A stretch of 64,000 nt of DNA from a virus (Duplodnaviria; Caudoviricetes), in IMG/VR virus record IMGVR_UViG_3300033121_001334, positions 1 through 64,000 of that record; one strand, given 5' to 3'. The position numbers and the translations under genes were made by a program. Position 1 is the stretch's first letter. Each line of letters opens with the position of its first letter. The notes beneath the pieces are model-generated. The model made no database searches and was not told the DNA's origin. It worked only from the letters and a program-made list of their open reading frames with translations. Of the stretch, positions 53,487 through 63,281 are shown piece after piece.

Positions 53487-54296
53487 ATGGCGAGTAAGAG
53501 CAAACACGTTGTCCTGTCGATTGACTTCGATTTCTTTATTAAAGAAGATATTTCATACGATTGGGGTCATCGAGAGAATGGGCTGTTCATTGGCCCAATC
53601 TGGCCAATTCGAGCTATGCAGCTTTTGTCGCAAGGCATCGACCCTCTCAAGGATGTTGGACTGGTCGAAGATCCCAGCGAGCTTCCTGTAAGTCTTAAAA
53701 AACTTGGTTGGAAGTTTTGTAAACAATCAAGGCTTTCAATTGCCGAATCTCATGCTTCGGCCTACCACGCCTTGAAATACCATACAAACCTGGAAATCAT
53801 CAACATCGACGCTCATCATGATATTTGCTACGGTCAAGACGAGAAGCTTGACTGCGGCAACTGGATTTATATGCTTGCCAAAGAAGGGCGGGTCAAGAAG
53901 GTAACAATCGTCTATCCTCTTTGGCGCAAGAGCGAACATGACGCCGAGATGGATAGCGACTATCTGAGCAACGAATCGGTCAAGAAACTTACCAGTCTTG
54001 GCGTTGAGGTTGATGTTGTTTACGGCATTGACAAGACTCATCCAAGAAAAGTTCGGGAAGTTTTTATTGCTCGTTCTGGTGCTTGGGTTCCGCCTTGGAC
54101 CGACGACGAATTCCTCCAGTTTATCAGCGTTTGGTCTTTAAGAACCAGAATTCAAACAATTTGGAACTATCAATCTCTTGACCAGTTCAAGAGGGAGTTT
54201 GATCTTGAAGAAGTCAAGAAGGGCGCTGAACTCATGAAGGTTCAAATGGGGGAAATGAGCAGCAAGAGACTTGTGAATAAGATTATCAAAACCTGA
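53487..54296 (+). CDS. UPF0489 / arginase-like metallohydrolase
   Basis: LSIDFDFF, ESHASAY, INIDAHHD, LDCGNW. Confidence 0.7.
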   Translation: MASKSKHVVLSIDFDFFIKEDISYDWGHRENGLFIGPIWPIRAMQLLSQGIDPLKDVGLVEDPSELPVSLKKLGWKFCKQSRLSIAESHASAYHALKYHTNLEIINIDAHHDICYGQDEKLDCGNWIYMLAKEGRVKKVTIVYPLWRKSEHDAEMDSDYLSNESVKKLTSLGVEVDVVYGIDKTHPRKVREVFIARSGAWVPPWTDDEFLQFISVWSLRTRIQTIWNYQSLDQFKREFDLEEVKKGAELMKVQMGEMSSKRLVNKIIKT

Positions 54297-54325
54297 TCTT
54301 TGCCGAAATAGACGATTATTCGTCT

Positions 54326-55165
54326 ATGAGCGGCAAGAAGTTTGATGTTATTCTGATGAACCCGCCTTACCAGAAGCCAAGTAAGGACGGCATAGGTCGT
54401 AATAAGCTATTGTGGCCTCTCTTTGTTGATAAAGCTTTAGAGCTTTGCAAAGAGGGCGGTTATATAGCTAATATTCATCCTTCCATCTGGCGCAAACCAG
54501 ATTACAAGCTCTTTCAGAAGCTTGTAAAATATAACATCCTACGGCTTTGTATGAACTCCAAAAAGACTGGTAATAAGGTCTTTGGAGTCAATACCAGATT
54601 TGACTGGTATATTCTACAGAAATCGCCCTATGCTGGACCAACATTGATCGTAGACGAGGCGGGCGGAAAGTTTAGTTCTGATATTCGGAAGTTTCCTTTC
54701 CTACCAAGCGCCAATATCGAGCAGGTTATGAAGATCATGACCACTCAAACTGGAGAACGGGTTGAAGTTCTTTATTGCACAAGATATCATAGGAAATACA
54801 AAAAACTTGTTAAGGAAGAAAAGACAAGCGAGTTCTGCTACCCGCTTGTTCACTCAATTGTCAAGGGCGGACCAGTTCTTTATTACACAAATACTACAGA
54901 GCGAGGTATCTTCGGAGTTAAGAACAAGGTCATTATCAATATGGGCGAGAAGCTTTATACTCTTCTGGACCTGAATGGTGATTATGGTATGACCGAGTGC
55001 TGTTTTGCTATTGCTTGCTCGTCCGCTGAAGAGGCAATAAAAATCAACGAAGCACTGAACTCTGAAGCGTTTGCTGAAGTCGTAAAAAGCACCAAGTGGA
55101 GCAACTATAAGATTGAGTACAAGATGTTTGAATATCTACGCAAAGACTTCTGGAGGCTCTTATGA
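54326..55165 (+). CDS. N6-adenine DNA methyltransferase, catalytic (NPPY) + TRD half
   Basis: KFDVILMNPPY...WPLFVDKAL...GGYIANIHPSIW; no motif I. Confidence 0.8.
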   Translation: MSGKKFDVILMNPPYQKPSKDGIGRNKLLWPLFVDKALELCKEGGYIANIHPSIWRKPDYKLFQKLVKYNILRLCMNSKKTGNKVFGVNTRFDWYILQKSPYAGPTLIVDEAGGKFSSDIRKFPFLPSANIEQVMKIMTTQTGERVEVLYCTRYHRKYKKLVKEEKTSEFCYPLVHSIVKGGPVLYYTNTTERGIFGVKNKVIINMGEKLYTLLDLNGDYGMTECCFAIACSSAEEAIKINEALNSEAFAEVVKSTKWSNYKIEYKMFEYLRKDFWRLL

Positions 55166-55635
55166 GCAGAGAAGAGAGATATAGAACTACTGGCGAAGTC
55201 TTTACTCCGCCTTCTCTTGTTAGAAAGCTTGTTTCTTCTTTGCCTACAGAAGTGTGGAAGGAAAATAAAACCTTCCTAGATCCTGCTTGCGGAAATGGAA
55301 ACCTGCTCATTGCAGTTCTTTGGCGCAAAATAGAAAGAGGGCATAGTCCTTTAGAAGCTTTGAAGACAATCTACGGAGTAGATATTATGCCTGATAATAT
55401 AAAAGAATGCAGGTTGAGGATTCTTGGGCTAATCTCTTTATTTCAAGCAGTTACTAAAGAACATATAAAGGCTGTACTAACTAATATTGTGTGGGCTAAT
55501 AAAGGTTCTTTGGAGTATGATTTTTCTTTTGCGCCGGTAAATGAAATTGGCGAATGGGTTGATTGGCAAAAAGAAAAAGAGCTTCCTATTACAGAAGCTC
55601 TTTGCGAGAAAAAGACAAGCAGCATTTTTGATTAA
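55162..55635 (+). CDS. N6-adenine DNA methyltransferase, SAM-binding (motif I) half
   Basis: GEVFTP...TFLDPACGNGNLL...IYGVDIMPDN. Confidence 0.8.
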   Translation: MSREERYRTTGEVFTPPSLVRKLVSSLPTEVWKENKTFLDPACGNGNLLIAVLWRKIERGHSPLEALKTIYGVDIMPDNIKECRLRILGLISLFQAVTKEHIKAVLTNIVWANKGSLEYDFSFAPVNEIGEWVDWQKEKELPITEALCEKKTSSIFD

Positions 55636-55914
55636 TCGTCGTCAGAAACGGCTTCAGTTTCAAATCTCCACCAGAAGTCGCCATGTCCGCCATTCTTGCG
55701 AGTCCAGGTTCCTTTTAGGATCTCTCCTTTATCGTCTATGACGCAGCCTATTGGTGCCTTGATTTTCTCTTTTTCAATCAAGATTTTCGCCATGTTTTCT
55801 TGTTGTTCTTTTGAGCCATATTTACAACATCTGCGACACCCGCCAGAAAGAACCGGATGAGCGCAAGTGCAAGTCAAAGAGCAAGGATTGCCAAACTCGC
55901 AAGGGCAGGTTTTT

Positions 55915-56532
55915 CTAGGCGTACTTTTCCCATTCGCCTCTGAAGACGGCTTTGAGCTTTTCGAGGTAGTCATTTGATTTGACCTTTCTCATCCAAAGAT
56001 CATGCCCTGAGCCGCCTTTAGCAATAACGCCTTCCCAAACAGGAAGAGTTCGGGTACGAACGGCCTCAATCAGTTCTTGATTAAAATTTCCTTCGTAAAC
56101 GACTTGAGCGGACTTGAGATGACCGAAGTGCTTGACGAAATCTCTAGGCCCCAAGATACCCTTCTTGTGGAAGTTGATATCGAACAAGACAAGTTCTTTA
56201 GGATCGTTGTCTGGTTCCAAGTCATGAATACCAGCAAACGATTTTGGCCCAAAGAACTCGCAATAGGCGGTTACTCGCTCATTATTGCGATACTCTTTTG
56301 TGTCTTGAATGACTTTCTCAACACCTTCGGCTTGGGTGTCAAGGAAGAGCTTTATAGCTGGTCCGAAAACAGGATCTGTATGATCAAACAGCCTTGTTCT
56401 AGTTCCGAACTTATTCCATCCCTTTTTGGGAGTCCATTCAAAGCGCAGGTTACTACCGTCATACTTATAGAAAGCAATGCAAGGCTTTCCAAAGTCGCCA
56501 AGAGGCCCCTCAATAGACGGATATTCTTTCAT
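55915..56532 (-). CDS. Rnl2-like RNA ligase / nucleotidyltransferase (minimal)
   Basis: motif I YKYDGSN, CEFFG, LFDI, EGVIAK, KVKS. Confidence 0.75.
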   Translation of the reverse strand: MKEYPSIEGPLGDFGKPCIAFYKYDGSNLRFEWTPKKGWNKFGTRTRLFDHTDPVFGPAIKLFLDTQAEGVEKVIQDTKEYRNNERVTAYCEFFGPKSFAGIHDLEPDNDPKELVLFDINFHKKGILGPRDFVKHFGHLKSAQVVYEGNFNQELIEAVRTRTLPVWEGVIAKGGSGHDLWMRKVKSNDYLEKLKAVFRGEWEKYA

Positions 56533-57109
56533 TTGTTCTCAACAACAATCAATTCATGAAGCTCGTAACAGCTTTTTACGCCGTCACTATGCTGTACGTC
56601 AAAGCATAGGCCATGAGAATCATGATGTCCAATGACAACGCCATTAGCTTCATGCCGCCTGGTCTTCTTTGCTTCTTCTGACCAGTCTTCCGCTTCCATA
56701 CCTCCATCAATAAAGGTCATCACCTTTGTTCCTGGAGCTATCGGAGGATAGACCGACGTTTGAACCTGGTAAGTTCTCATTATATGCTCCAAAGGTAAGA
56801 CCAGTTTGACTTATGACGTTCAATAATCTTTTTGTCAAACGCTTTTCTATCAAACTTGTTTTCTTTTATTGCCTGCAAGTCTTCAAGAGTTATTTCTTCA
56901 ATGGTTTCATGATTTCCAACCTTAGGATTATGATGAGGAAAAGACCCGTAAAGCTTGTAGATGTATTTATTTGCGCTATACCAGGCATGGACTTCGTATC
57001 CATTTATACGGAATATTGTATATACAACACCGTTGCCTTGATTAAGTAGATCCTGTAGTTTTTTCGACTCGTCACTCACGCCCCCCTCCTTATCCCAAAA
57101 GTTTAGTTC

Positions 57110-58336
57110 TTAGGCGACTAGCTGCAACTGCTTTTGCTTCTGTTCCTTAAGGCTTGCGAAAATTTCGGGCAAGGTCAGAATCTTCGGCTGTTCGACTTCC
57201 TCTGCTCTACCTCTTGAGGGAGCATAGCTCGGAGTGAAGACATTAGCGAGCTTCTTGAAACGGTCTTCGCTCTCCTGAATCAACAAGAGGCGCATGATGA
57301 CGCTATCCGTAGGAGGGAAGTCTCCGGTAAGAACAACGCAAAGTTGCTCAATTTGCTTACCCTTCTCCCAAACAGCAACCTTCTGATGACCAGGGAAGAT
57401 TTGATAAGTTCTTCCGCTATCACCCTTGAAGGTTATGAAACCTCGAACAGCAAACTTCTGGAAAGCCTGCTCTCCAATCAAGCGACGAAGGGTTTGACGA
57501 GCGCGAACCTCTCTGATATCCGTTGTTGGACGGAGTTCTTTGCTCTTGACAATAATGTTGGGAGCAATTCTAGAACGCAAGATTTCCTTCATGCGCTCAA
57601 CAGGATCAATAACGTGCTGAGCAGGAGCGCCGCCATACCAGTAACGAAGATGATGAGCATATGCGACATCATGTTCATTATGTTCCCATTCAACGTAAGT
57701 TGTTGTTGCCGTATTTGTGTAGTTATGGAAATACGGGCGAAGATATGTAGTCGCAGACGTTGTTATGTCTGTGTCGTTGTTATATGCTGAATAAGCATTA
57801 TAGGTTGCGGTCGTTGTTGTAGCAGAAGACGTTGTGTATCGAAGAGCGCGAATTGGAGATGCAGTCGCAGTTGTTGGATATCTTATGAGTCTTCTATAGA
57901 TTTCTCTTCGATAACGATCAGTCCCCATGTTATGTTCAAGAGCGTTTGTTGTTGCGTCAACAAAGCCTCTTTCGTGGGGATTAGTTTCTTGACCAGTTGC
58001 AGGAACCGGAGCGACTTGAATCACTTCGTTCTTGAATATCTTAACATGGAGCTTAGCTCTCATGTGTTCGCCAGTTTCAGGGAAATATGGCTCAACTCTT
58101 TCAACAACGCTGACAACGGTATTACCGTCGCCGTCAACTGTTGTGTAAGGGAGTTCATACTCGTCTTGCATGCAGTAAACATTATCATTCACTGCAACGT
58201 CAATAACCTTCTCCCTGGTTCCTTTCTGATATTGAGAGGGAAACTCAATGCGTTCAACAGGCTCGTTGCCTGTAACTTCATGAGCAGGGACTTCGGTTAT
58301 TTCACCAATTTCAGGAAGAACGGCTGTCTCTGGCAT
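57110..58336 (-). CDS. hypothetical protein with Thr-rich linker and conserved C-terminal domain
   Basis: RARQTLRRLIG...KGDSGRTYQI...LCVV...PPTD...ESEDRFKKLAN. Confidence 0.75.
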   Translation of the reverse strand: MPETAVLPEIGEITEVPAHEVTGNEPVERIEFPSQYQKGTREKVIDVAVNDNVYCMQDEYELPYTTVDGDGNTVVSVVERVEPYFPETGEHMRAKLHVKIFKNEVIQVAPVPATGQETNPHERGFVDATTNALEHNMGTDRYRREIYRRLIRYPTTATASPIRALRYTTSSATTTTATYNAYSAYNNDTDITTSATTYLRPYFHNYTNTATTTYVEWEHNEHDVAYAHHLRYWYGGAPAQHVIDPVERMKEILRSRIAPNIIVKSKELRPTTDIREVRARQTLRRLIGEQAFQKFAVRGFITFKGDSGRTYQIFPGHQKVAVWEKGKQIEQLCVVLTGDFPPTDSVIMRLLLIQESEDRFKKLANVFTPSYAPSRGRAEEVEQPKILTLPEIFASLKEQKQKQLQLVA

Positions 58337-58337
58337 T

Positions 58338-58700
58338 TCAGCCTCCGGCGACTAGCTTGATAGGAAGAAACAAAACTTCTTCTGCGGTTGGATCAAATTT
58401 ATCCATTGGAGCGCCTTGCTTACCATCTCCACCGACTCGATAAGCGCTAAGGCCCTCTTTGATAAATTGATCAAACATTCGACCGGCTTCAGCAATATCT
58501 CCCATGCTCATTCTGTTCCAAACAAGGCGCTTATCGCCTTCTCTTTGGTCAAGAATACGGAAAATGCCAAAGCCCTTATTACCTTCGATAAGAGCAAACT
58601 CTTTATCGTCAGGAGCCTGTAGGCCTGTTTCAAGCTTGCAGAGTGGACGAGCCTTTGAGAATGGAGAAAAATCAATAATAGTTGCTGCGGTCTGCGTCAT
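58338..58700 (-). CDS. small protein ending in Gly-Gly
   Basis: GDKRLVWN...FDPTAEEVLFLPIKLVAGG*. Confidence 0.75.
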   Translation of the reverse strand: MTQTAATIIDFSPFSKARPLCKLETGLQAPDDKEFALIEGNKGFGIFRILDQREGDKRLVWNRMSMGDIAEAGRMFDQFIKEGLSAYRVGGDGKQGAPMDKFDPTAEEVLFLPIKLVAGG

Positions 58701-59056
58701 ACTCTGTCTCCGAAAAATTCAACCCAATGACTGATATCTTTGCCAACTTGGTCTGGCTTTGTTACAACAACAGCATCTCTTTCATTTGTTGAACCTGCTC
58801 TGTCTTTCATCTGAATAGTTCGAGCATTCCAAGTAAATGAGGACTTAGGAGCATATATCTCGTCAACAGGTTTACCGCTGTATCGACGGTCTTCAACGAT
58901 TTTGCCGTCTTCAACCCGTCGTTGATGATCGTGTTTGCAATTAGGACAAATGATCTTATGAACACCGTTGAGTCCCATGTTCATTTTGATCATAAAGTAT
59001 CCGCCGCATCCACCACCGGATTTAGTGCAGTAGAATTCTTGTACAACTCTCGACAT
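58697..59056 (-). CDS. zinc-ribbon protein
   Basis: YCTKSGGGCGG...ICPNCKHDH. Confidence 0.7.
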   Translation of the reverse strand: MSRVVQEFYCTKSGGGCGGYFMIKMNMGLNGVHKIICPNCKHDHQRRVEDGKIVEDRRYSGKPVDEIYAPKSSFTWNARTIQMKDRAGSTNERDAVVVTKPDQVGKDISHWVEFFGDRV

Positions 59057-59115
59057 ATTCCTGTTTACCTCTATTGAAACAACAAGACCGCCGCTAAGCG
59101 GTCTTGTTGTGTTAT

Positions 59116-60447
59116 TTAGTCAACGCGCTCAGCAGAGAAGGAGTGAAGAGCCGTATTCTTGGCAAAAGTGTACCAAGTATTTTCTTCACCAACCAGAGAA
59201 GCATGCTCGTCATGACAAATTTCAAAGTTGCGAGCATAAATTCCGCTACGAGCAAAGATTACTTCGCCAGAAAAGAAATAATGGCGATTTGAGTCTTCGT
59301 CCTCAATCCCAAATGCAAGGCCAGAGATTTCACCATCTTTATTGTCTGCGAACATAAGGGTATCAGGAGAGTAGCGGTCAGGAACCTGCTTCTGATTCTT
59401 GACAGGAATAGCGAACCATTCGCCCTGACGGAGAACGCCCTTTAGTCCGCGAGCAGAAGCGGGCATAAGCGAAACGTAGGCGCTTGGAATATCCTTCGGA
59501 TTATCAGCAAGAACGCAACCAAAATAGGTTCCCTCGTCCTGCCCGAGAATGTAACTTTCCTTGCCGTTTCTCAAAAGAACGGTTGAAGACTTATGCCATT
59601 CAATCGGATTGCTGTCAATCAAAGAGAAACCAGCTTCGGGAGGAGTCTGGTTAGCTGCCCAAATGTCAAATCTAAACTTGGACGACTTGCGAGCATTGCT
59701 GCAAGCGGTTCGCAAAGCTTTGCTTGCTTCTTTTCTCTGCTCAGGAGTGAAGTCAACAACCTTCAGCTTCGCCTTGCGAATAGTTTCGTTTGCCGCGCTC
59801 TCGTCAAGAACCTTCTTAGCAATAAGATTGCCAAGGCAGTTGAAGCTCAAAGTTGGATGTTCGTCAAACTGACCAGACGAAACAAACTCATGCTCGTTGT
59901 TTGCATTTTCGTCAGCGTTGATTAGGAGATGGCCGTCAACAAGAAGAGCGCCGATAGTGTCGAAGTGGGGAATAAAATCAGTATCGTCAATGAACCAGTC
60001 ATTATCGCCAACAGAATCCTGGCTTTCATTGAAATAGTCACGAGCATTAACCGAAAGACAATGGAAAGGCAGTCCATATTCAGGACTGAATCTTGTTACG
60101 AATCTTGTTACTTCGCCAGTTTCGGGATTGATTGCAAGGAGAAAGCAGTCGTAACTGCAAACTCCATCAACGGCTCTTGTTTTCGAAGAATCACAAAGAT
60201 CAACACAAACAAGATGAAGGCCTTCAAAAGTGACAGGGGACTTTCCTGTTTTGAGGTAATCATCAACTCCTGGCATGGCGTCAATGATGTCGTCTTCGCT
60301 TGGGCGCTGAGCTTTTGGATTCTTCGCAACAGAGGTAATCTCATAAGGCTTGTTGAGAGTACCCTTAAAAGGAACGATAAATCGCTCCTTGAATTCGTTG
60401 ATGCGGGTTTGAGAAACGGAAGATTTTTTGTTTAAAGTGGTTGTCAT
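59116..60447 (-). CDS. hypothetical protein with C-terminal RQGxxF...HxEH domain
   Basis: 443 aa; LRQGEWFAIP...RH...HDEHASL...KNTALHSFS. Confidence 0.7.
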   Translation of the reverse strand: MTTTLNKKSSVSQTRINEFKERFIVPFKGTLNKPYEITSVAKNPKAQRPSEDDIIDAMPGVDDYLKTGKSPVTFEGLHLVCVDLCDSSKTRAVDGVCSYDCFLLAINPETGEVTRFVTRFSPEYGLPFHCLSVNARDYFNESQDSVGDNDWFIDDTDFIPHFDTIGALLVDGHLLINADENANNEHEFVSSGQFDEHPTLSFNCLGNLIAKKVLDESAANETIRKAKLKVVDFTPEQRKEASKALRTACSNARKSSKFRFDIWAANQTPPEAGFSLIDSNPIEWHKSSTVLLRNGKESYILGQDEGTYFGCVLADNPKDIPSAYVSLMPASARGLKGVLRQGEWFAIPVKNQKQVPDRYSPDTLMFADNKDGEISGLAFGIEDEDSNRHYFFSGEVIFARSGIYARNFEICHDEHASLVGEENTWYTFAKNTALHSFSAERVD

Positions 60448-60470
60448 TTGAGATTCCTTGTATCTAGAAC

Positions 60471-60785
60471 TTATTTCGGAGCTACAGTAACGCTTATTGC
60501 GACTTTCTTTTCGATTACTGGTCTATTTGCATGAAGAGGGACGAATTTTTCGTCTTTCAACGTTTTATACTCAATCGCTTGTTCCCATTTTTCACGATTG
60601 GCATAAACTTCATAACTCCATGTTTCTTCTGTTGAGGCTGGATATCCATGACCGGGATTAGTTCTTGATCGCTCGTCCCCAGGGATATAGATAGTTCTTG
60701 AACAAAGAATGGCGAAGTGTTCACCAGTAGGAATGTCTTCTGGTTGAGAAGCAAACTTTTGAGGATATGCAAACCTGGGAGACAT
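60471..60785 (-). CDS. hypothetical protein
   Basis: 104 aa; IYIPGDERSRTNPGHGYP. Confidence 0.7.
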   Translation of the reverse strand: MSPRFAYPQKFASQPEDIPTGEHFAILCSRTIYIPGDERSRTNPGHGYPASTEETWSYEVYANREKWEQAIEYKTLKDEKFVPLHANRPVIEKKVAISVTVAPK

Positions 60786-60787
60786 GG

Positions 60788-61150
60788 TTATTTTCCGCTA
60801 ACAAAGGCGTCAATCTTTTCAAACGTGTCACCAAAAGAGAGCGGCTCCAGCGAGACGGAAACATCAACTTTACCGCCTACAATAACCTTCTCAAAAAAGG
60901 CGGTAAGATAATTTCCTGCGCCATCATGCCCCGTTATAACCAAAGGAGTTGAGAACCCGCTTTCTTTGGCTTGCTTCCAGTTTTGGTAAAAATAGGCGAC
61001 AGGACAAGCAAACTTTTTGCCATTTGCGTCGTCATGAAGATGGACTTCTCCTTTATTTTCATGAATGCGGAGTCTTGTGATTGGTGTTGAACCAATCTTA
61101 GGCGTTGCCGCTGGCGGGGGAGTCAAGATTTTTTCGTTCGTTCCACCCAT
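60788..61150 (-). CDS. hypothetical protein (start MGGTN)
   Basis: 120 aa, GGAGAAG SD. Confidence 0.6.
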   Translation of the reverse strand: MGGTNEKILTPPPAATPKIGSTPITRLRIHENKGEVHLHDDANGKKFACPVAYFYQNWKQAKESGFSTPLVITGHDGAGNYLTAFFEKVIVGGKVDVSVSLEPLSFGDTFEKIDAFVSGK

Positions 61151-61445
61151 TTTCTTCTCCTGGTTTTGGAAGCTGATCAAGAGTAGGTTTACCAGCATAC
61201 TCCCAATCGCCATGAATTCTTTCACTAAAACCTTCGGTAAAGCAGCATTGAAACTCGCCATGCCAAGGTTGAGACTCATCGTATTGCAGATAATGACCGT
61301 TTTCAAGCTTTTTTGTGATTGTACGATATATGTACTCAACGTGCGTAAAGCTCTTGCCGTAAAAATCGACCCCTACTTCTTTTACAAGAGGGATTCTTAC
61401 TCTAGCAGGTAATCCAAACTTGTCTGCTATTTGCTTAACGTTCAT
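61098..61445 (-). CDS. hypothetical protein
   Basis: 115 aa, ATGA overlap with the upstream gene. Confidence 0.6.
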   Translation of the reverse strand: MNVKQIADKFGLPARVRIPLVKEVGVDFYGKSFTHVEYIYRTITKKLENGHYLQYDESQPWHGEFQCCFTEGFSERIHGDWEYAGKPTLDQLPKPGEENGWNERKNLDSPASGNA

Positions 61446-62638
61446 CTATTGAAGCCAGGAAATTTTCTTGGATAGATTGACGGTTCATGAAACTCGTTAT
61501 TAACAATCCAATACGAGATTCCAACGTTGAGACCAATAGTGAATAGGAAGGTTAGAATTACCGCCCAAGTAGGCGGAGCGACATCTAGATAATCAAAATC
61601 CTTTTCAAACTCTTTTCGCTTCCAAAAAGTCGGGACAGCTTCTTCGATCCAGTCGAGAATGCTATCAAGTTCAACTCGCTTACCAATTTGATCATTAACA
61701 ATGTTTCTTCCCTGAACATTGATTTCGCTATTGTCGCACCAAGAGAACGCATGCCCCCAAGTAACTTTGTAATCCTTATCAACGCCAACACAGATGACAA
61801 GTTCATTCATGTTACCGTTGATCCAGTAATTCTGTTGCGCATATCCAGCGTCTAGAGTTTGCTCTTTGAAGACGAGAAGCCAAACTCGAAGCTCTTTACT
61901 AGCCCCATAACGAGCATTGAAGACGGATAGCCGCCGTTCTGCTTGAGCAAAACCAGGAACATTATCGCCCAAGACAGAAGGTATTACCCATTTATCAACA
62001 ATAGAGGGGTAATCGTAAAGGCCTAATCTTTTGACATCTTCTTCTTTGACGGGTTGCAGCTTAAATACTGATCTTGAAACGGCAACTTTGTTTTCATAAG
62101 AATGAACGCTGCTAATAACCTCCATATCCTCGTTTCTGTTGTTGAACAGAACGTTGTATCTGTCGCCGTCTTTGTTATAAAAATTCCGGTTCAGTTCTTC
62201 AAAAGACTCATTACCCCAACGACGAACAAAGTCTTTGTATTCTGAAGAACTAATGCTGTAGCTTTCTCCGTTGCTACCGCATGCAGACCAGCTAGGAGGA
62301 TGTTCATCAATACGAGATTTACGAACGGTTTTGTATTTCGTTCTTGAATGTCTTTTGCCGTCAGAACCCGTATATTTCTCGGTTCCGTCAGCAACTCTAA
62401 CATTGTAATAGACTTTTTCATTCCATGCTTCTGTATAACTAGCTTTAGTAATCCAGCCAGTCCAGTATTCGTCCCTGCTTGCTTGAAAAAAGGACGTAGT
62501 AAAATGCATTAGCAGCGCAAAGACAAATGAGCCGCCAAATGGGATAAAAAACTCCCACCACTTGGTCTTATGCTGGAACTTGAACCACAAAACTATTGCA
62601 GTAATGAAGGGGACAAGCATTGCTAGGAAAATGAGCAT
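61442..62638 (-). CDS. membrane protein with large soluble domain
   Basis: two N-terminal and one C-terminal TM helices; 398 aa. Confidence 0.75.
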   Translation of the reverse strand: MLIFLAMLVPFITAIVLWFKFQHKTKWWEFFIPFGGSFVFALLMHFTTSFFQASRDEYWTGWITKASYTEAWNEKVYYNVRVADGTEKYTGSDGKRHSRTKYKTVRKSRIDEHPPSWSACGSNGESYSISSSEYKDFVRRWGNESFEELNRNFYNKDGDRYNVLFNNRNEDMEVISSVHSYENKVAVSRSVFKLQPVKEEDVKRLGLYDYPSIVDKWVIPSVLGDNVPGFAQAERRLSVFNARYGASKELRVWLLVFKEQTLDAGYAQQNYWINGNMNELVICVGVDKDYKVTWGHAFSWCDNSEINVQGRNIVNDQIGKRVELDSILDWIEEAVPTFWKRKEFEKDFDYLDVAPPTWAVILTFLFTIGLNVGISYWIVNNEFHEPSIYPRKFPGFNR

Positions 62639-62718
62639 ATTTCAATCCACTTTCTTTCAATCTAATCAACCCTTCCAAAACAACAGTCTCGCCGATTCCG
62701 CCGAGGCTGTTGTGAAGT

Positions 62719-63270
62719 TTACTTGTTCGGCTTAAACAAATCGGTATCGTCGTCCTTGCCAGTTTGGAATGCGTTGTCTGTTCTAGTTGAAGTCACAAGC
62801 TGAATTGCCAGTTCTTTTCGACCCAAAAAGCCAAGATACATAGAAGAAGGGAATCGGCGGAAGAGGCGGGTATGCTCCGCATGAATATCAATAAGAGTCT
62901 TCTGCTCTCGCTCAAAGTCTCGACGATTCGCCTCGATGCTTGTCATAAGCTGTTTAAAGAGGCTTGAATCGAAGTTTGGATTAGATTCCTTGACAAACTT
63001 GATCAGTTTGGCTTGTCCGTCAGGATTCCGAGCGTCCATGATATCCTTATAGATACCACGGAAGCTTTCCTGATACTTGTCAGTAACGCCAGCTTGCTGC
63101 TGAATCGTTTTCCAAACTCGGTCATAAACGACCTGATTGGCTTTCTGCGAAGCCTCAACGCTGGTTCTCAGGTCGGCCTCGTTATTGCCATAGCTAATAA
63201 GAGGGACCACCACCATGAAGATGGCGACAAAAGCGAGAACACCAAGAACGATCCATCCTTTGTACTTCAT
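62719..63270 (-). CDS. LemA-like membrane-anchored helical protein
   Basis: N-terminal TM; ...HTRLFRRFPSSMYLGFLG; gene pair with 61442-62638. Confidence 0.55.
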   Translation of the reverse strand: MKYKGWIVLGVLAFVAIFMVVVPLISYGNNEADLRTSVEASQKANQVVYDRVWKTIQQQAGVTDKYQESFRGIYKDIMDARNPDGQAKLIKFVKESNPNFDSSLFKQLMTSIEANRRDFEREQKTLIDIHAEHTRLFRRFPSSMYLGFLGRKELAIQLVTSTRTDNAFQTGKDDDTDLFKPNK

Positions 63271-63281
63271 TTACTGCTTCC

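Larger units (their letters stand above)
1085..57107 (-). repeat. Dispersed motif family RGRACTAAACTTY (about 39 copies), probable phage-specific promoter element
   Basis: Plus-strand (a/g)aagtttagt at 1085, 2141, 2398, 3213, 3673, 3988, 4953, 5652, 6056, 6698, 6940, 7613, 8560, 9021, 10402, 10945, 12206, 13369, 13727, 15425, 17661, 18879, 20466, 22934, 26122, 26800, 26869, 26955, 27042, 28196, 37087, 40918, 45055, 49308, 52457, 57098 and a few intragenic copies; usually a short distance upstream of a start codon or tRNA. Confidence 0.85.
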
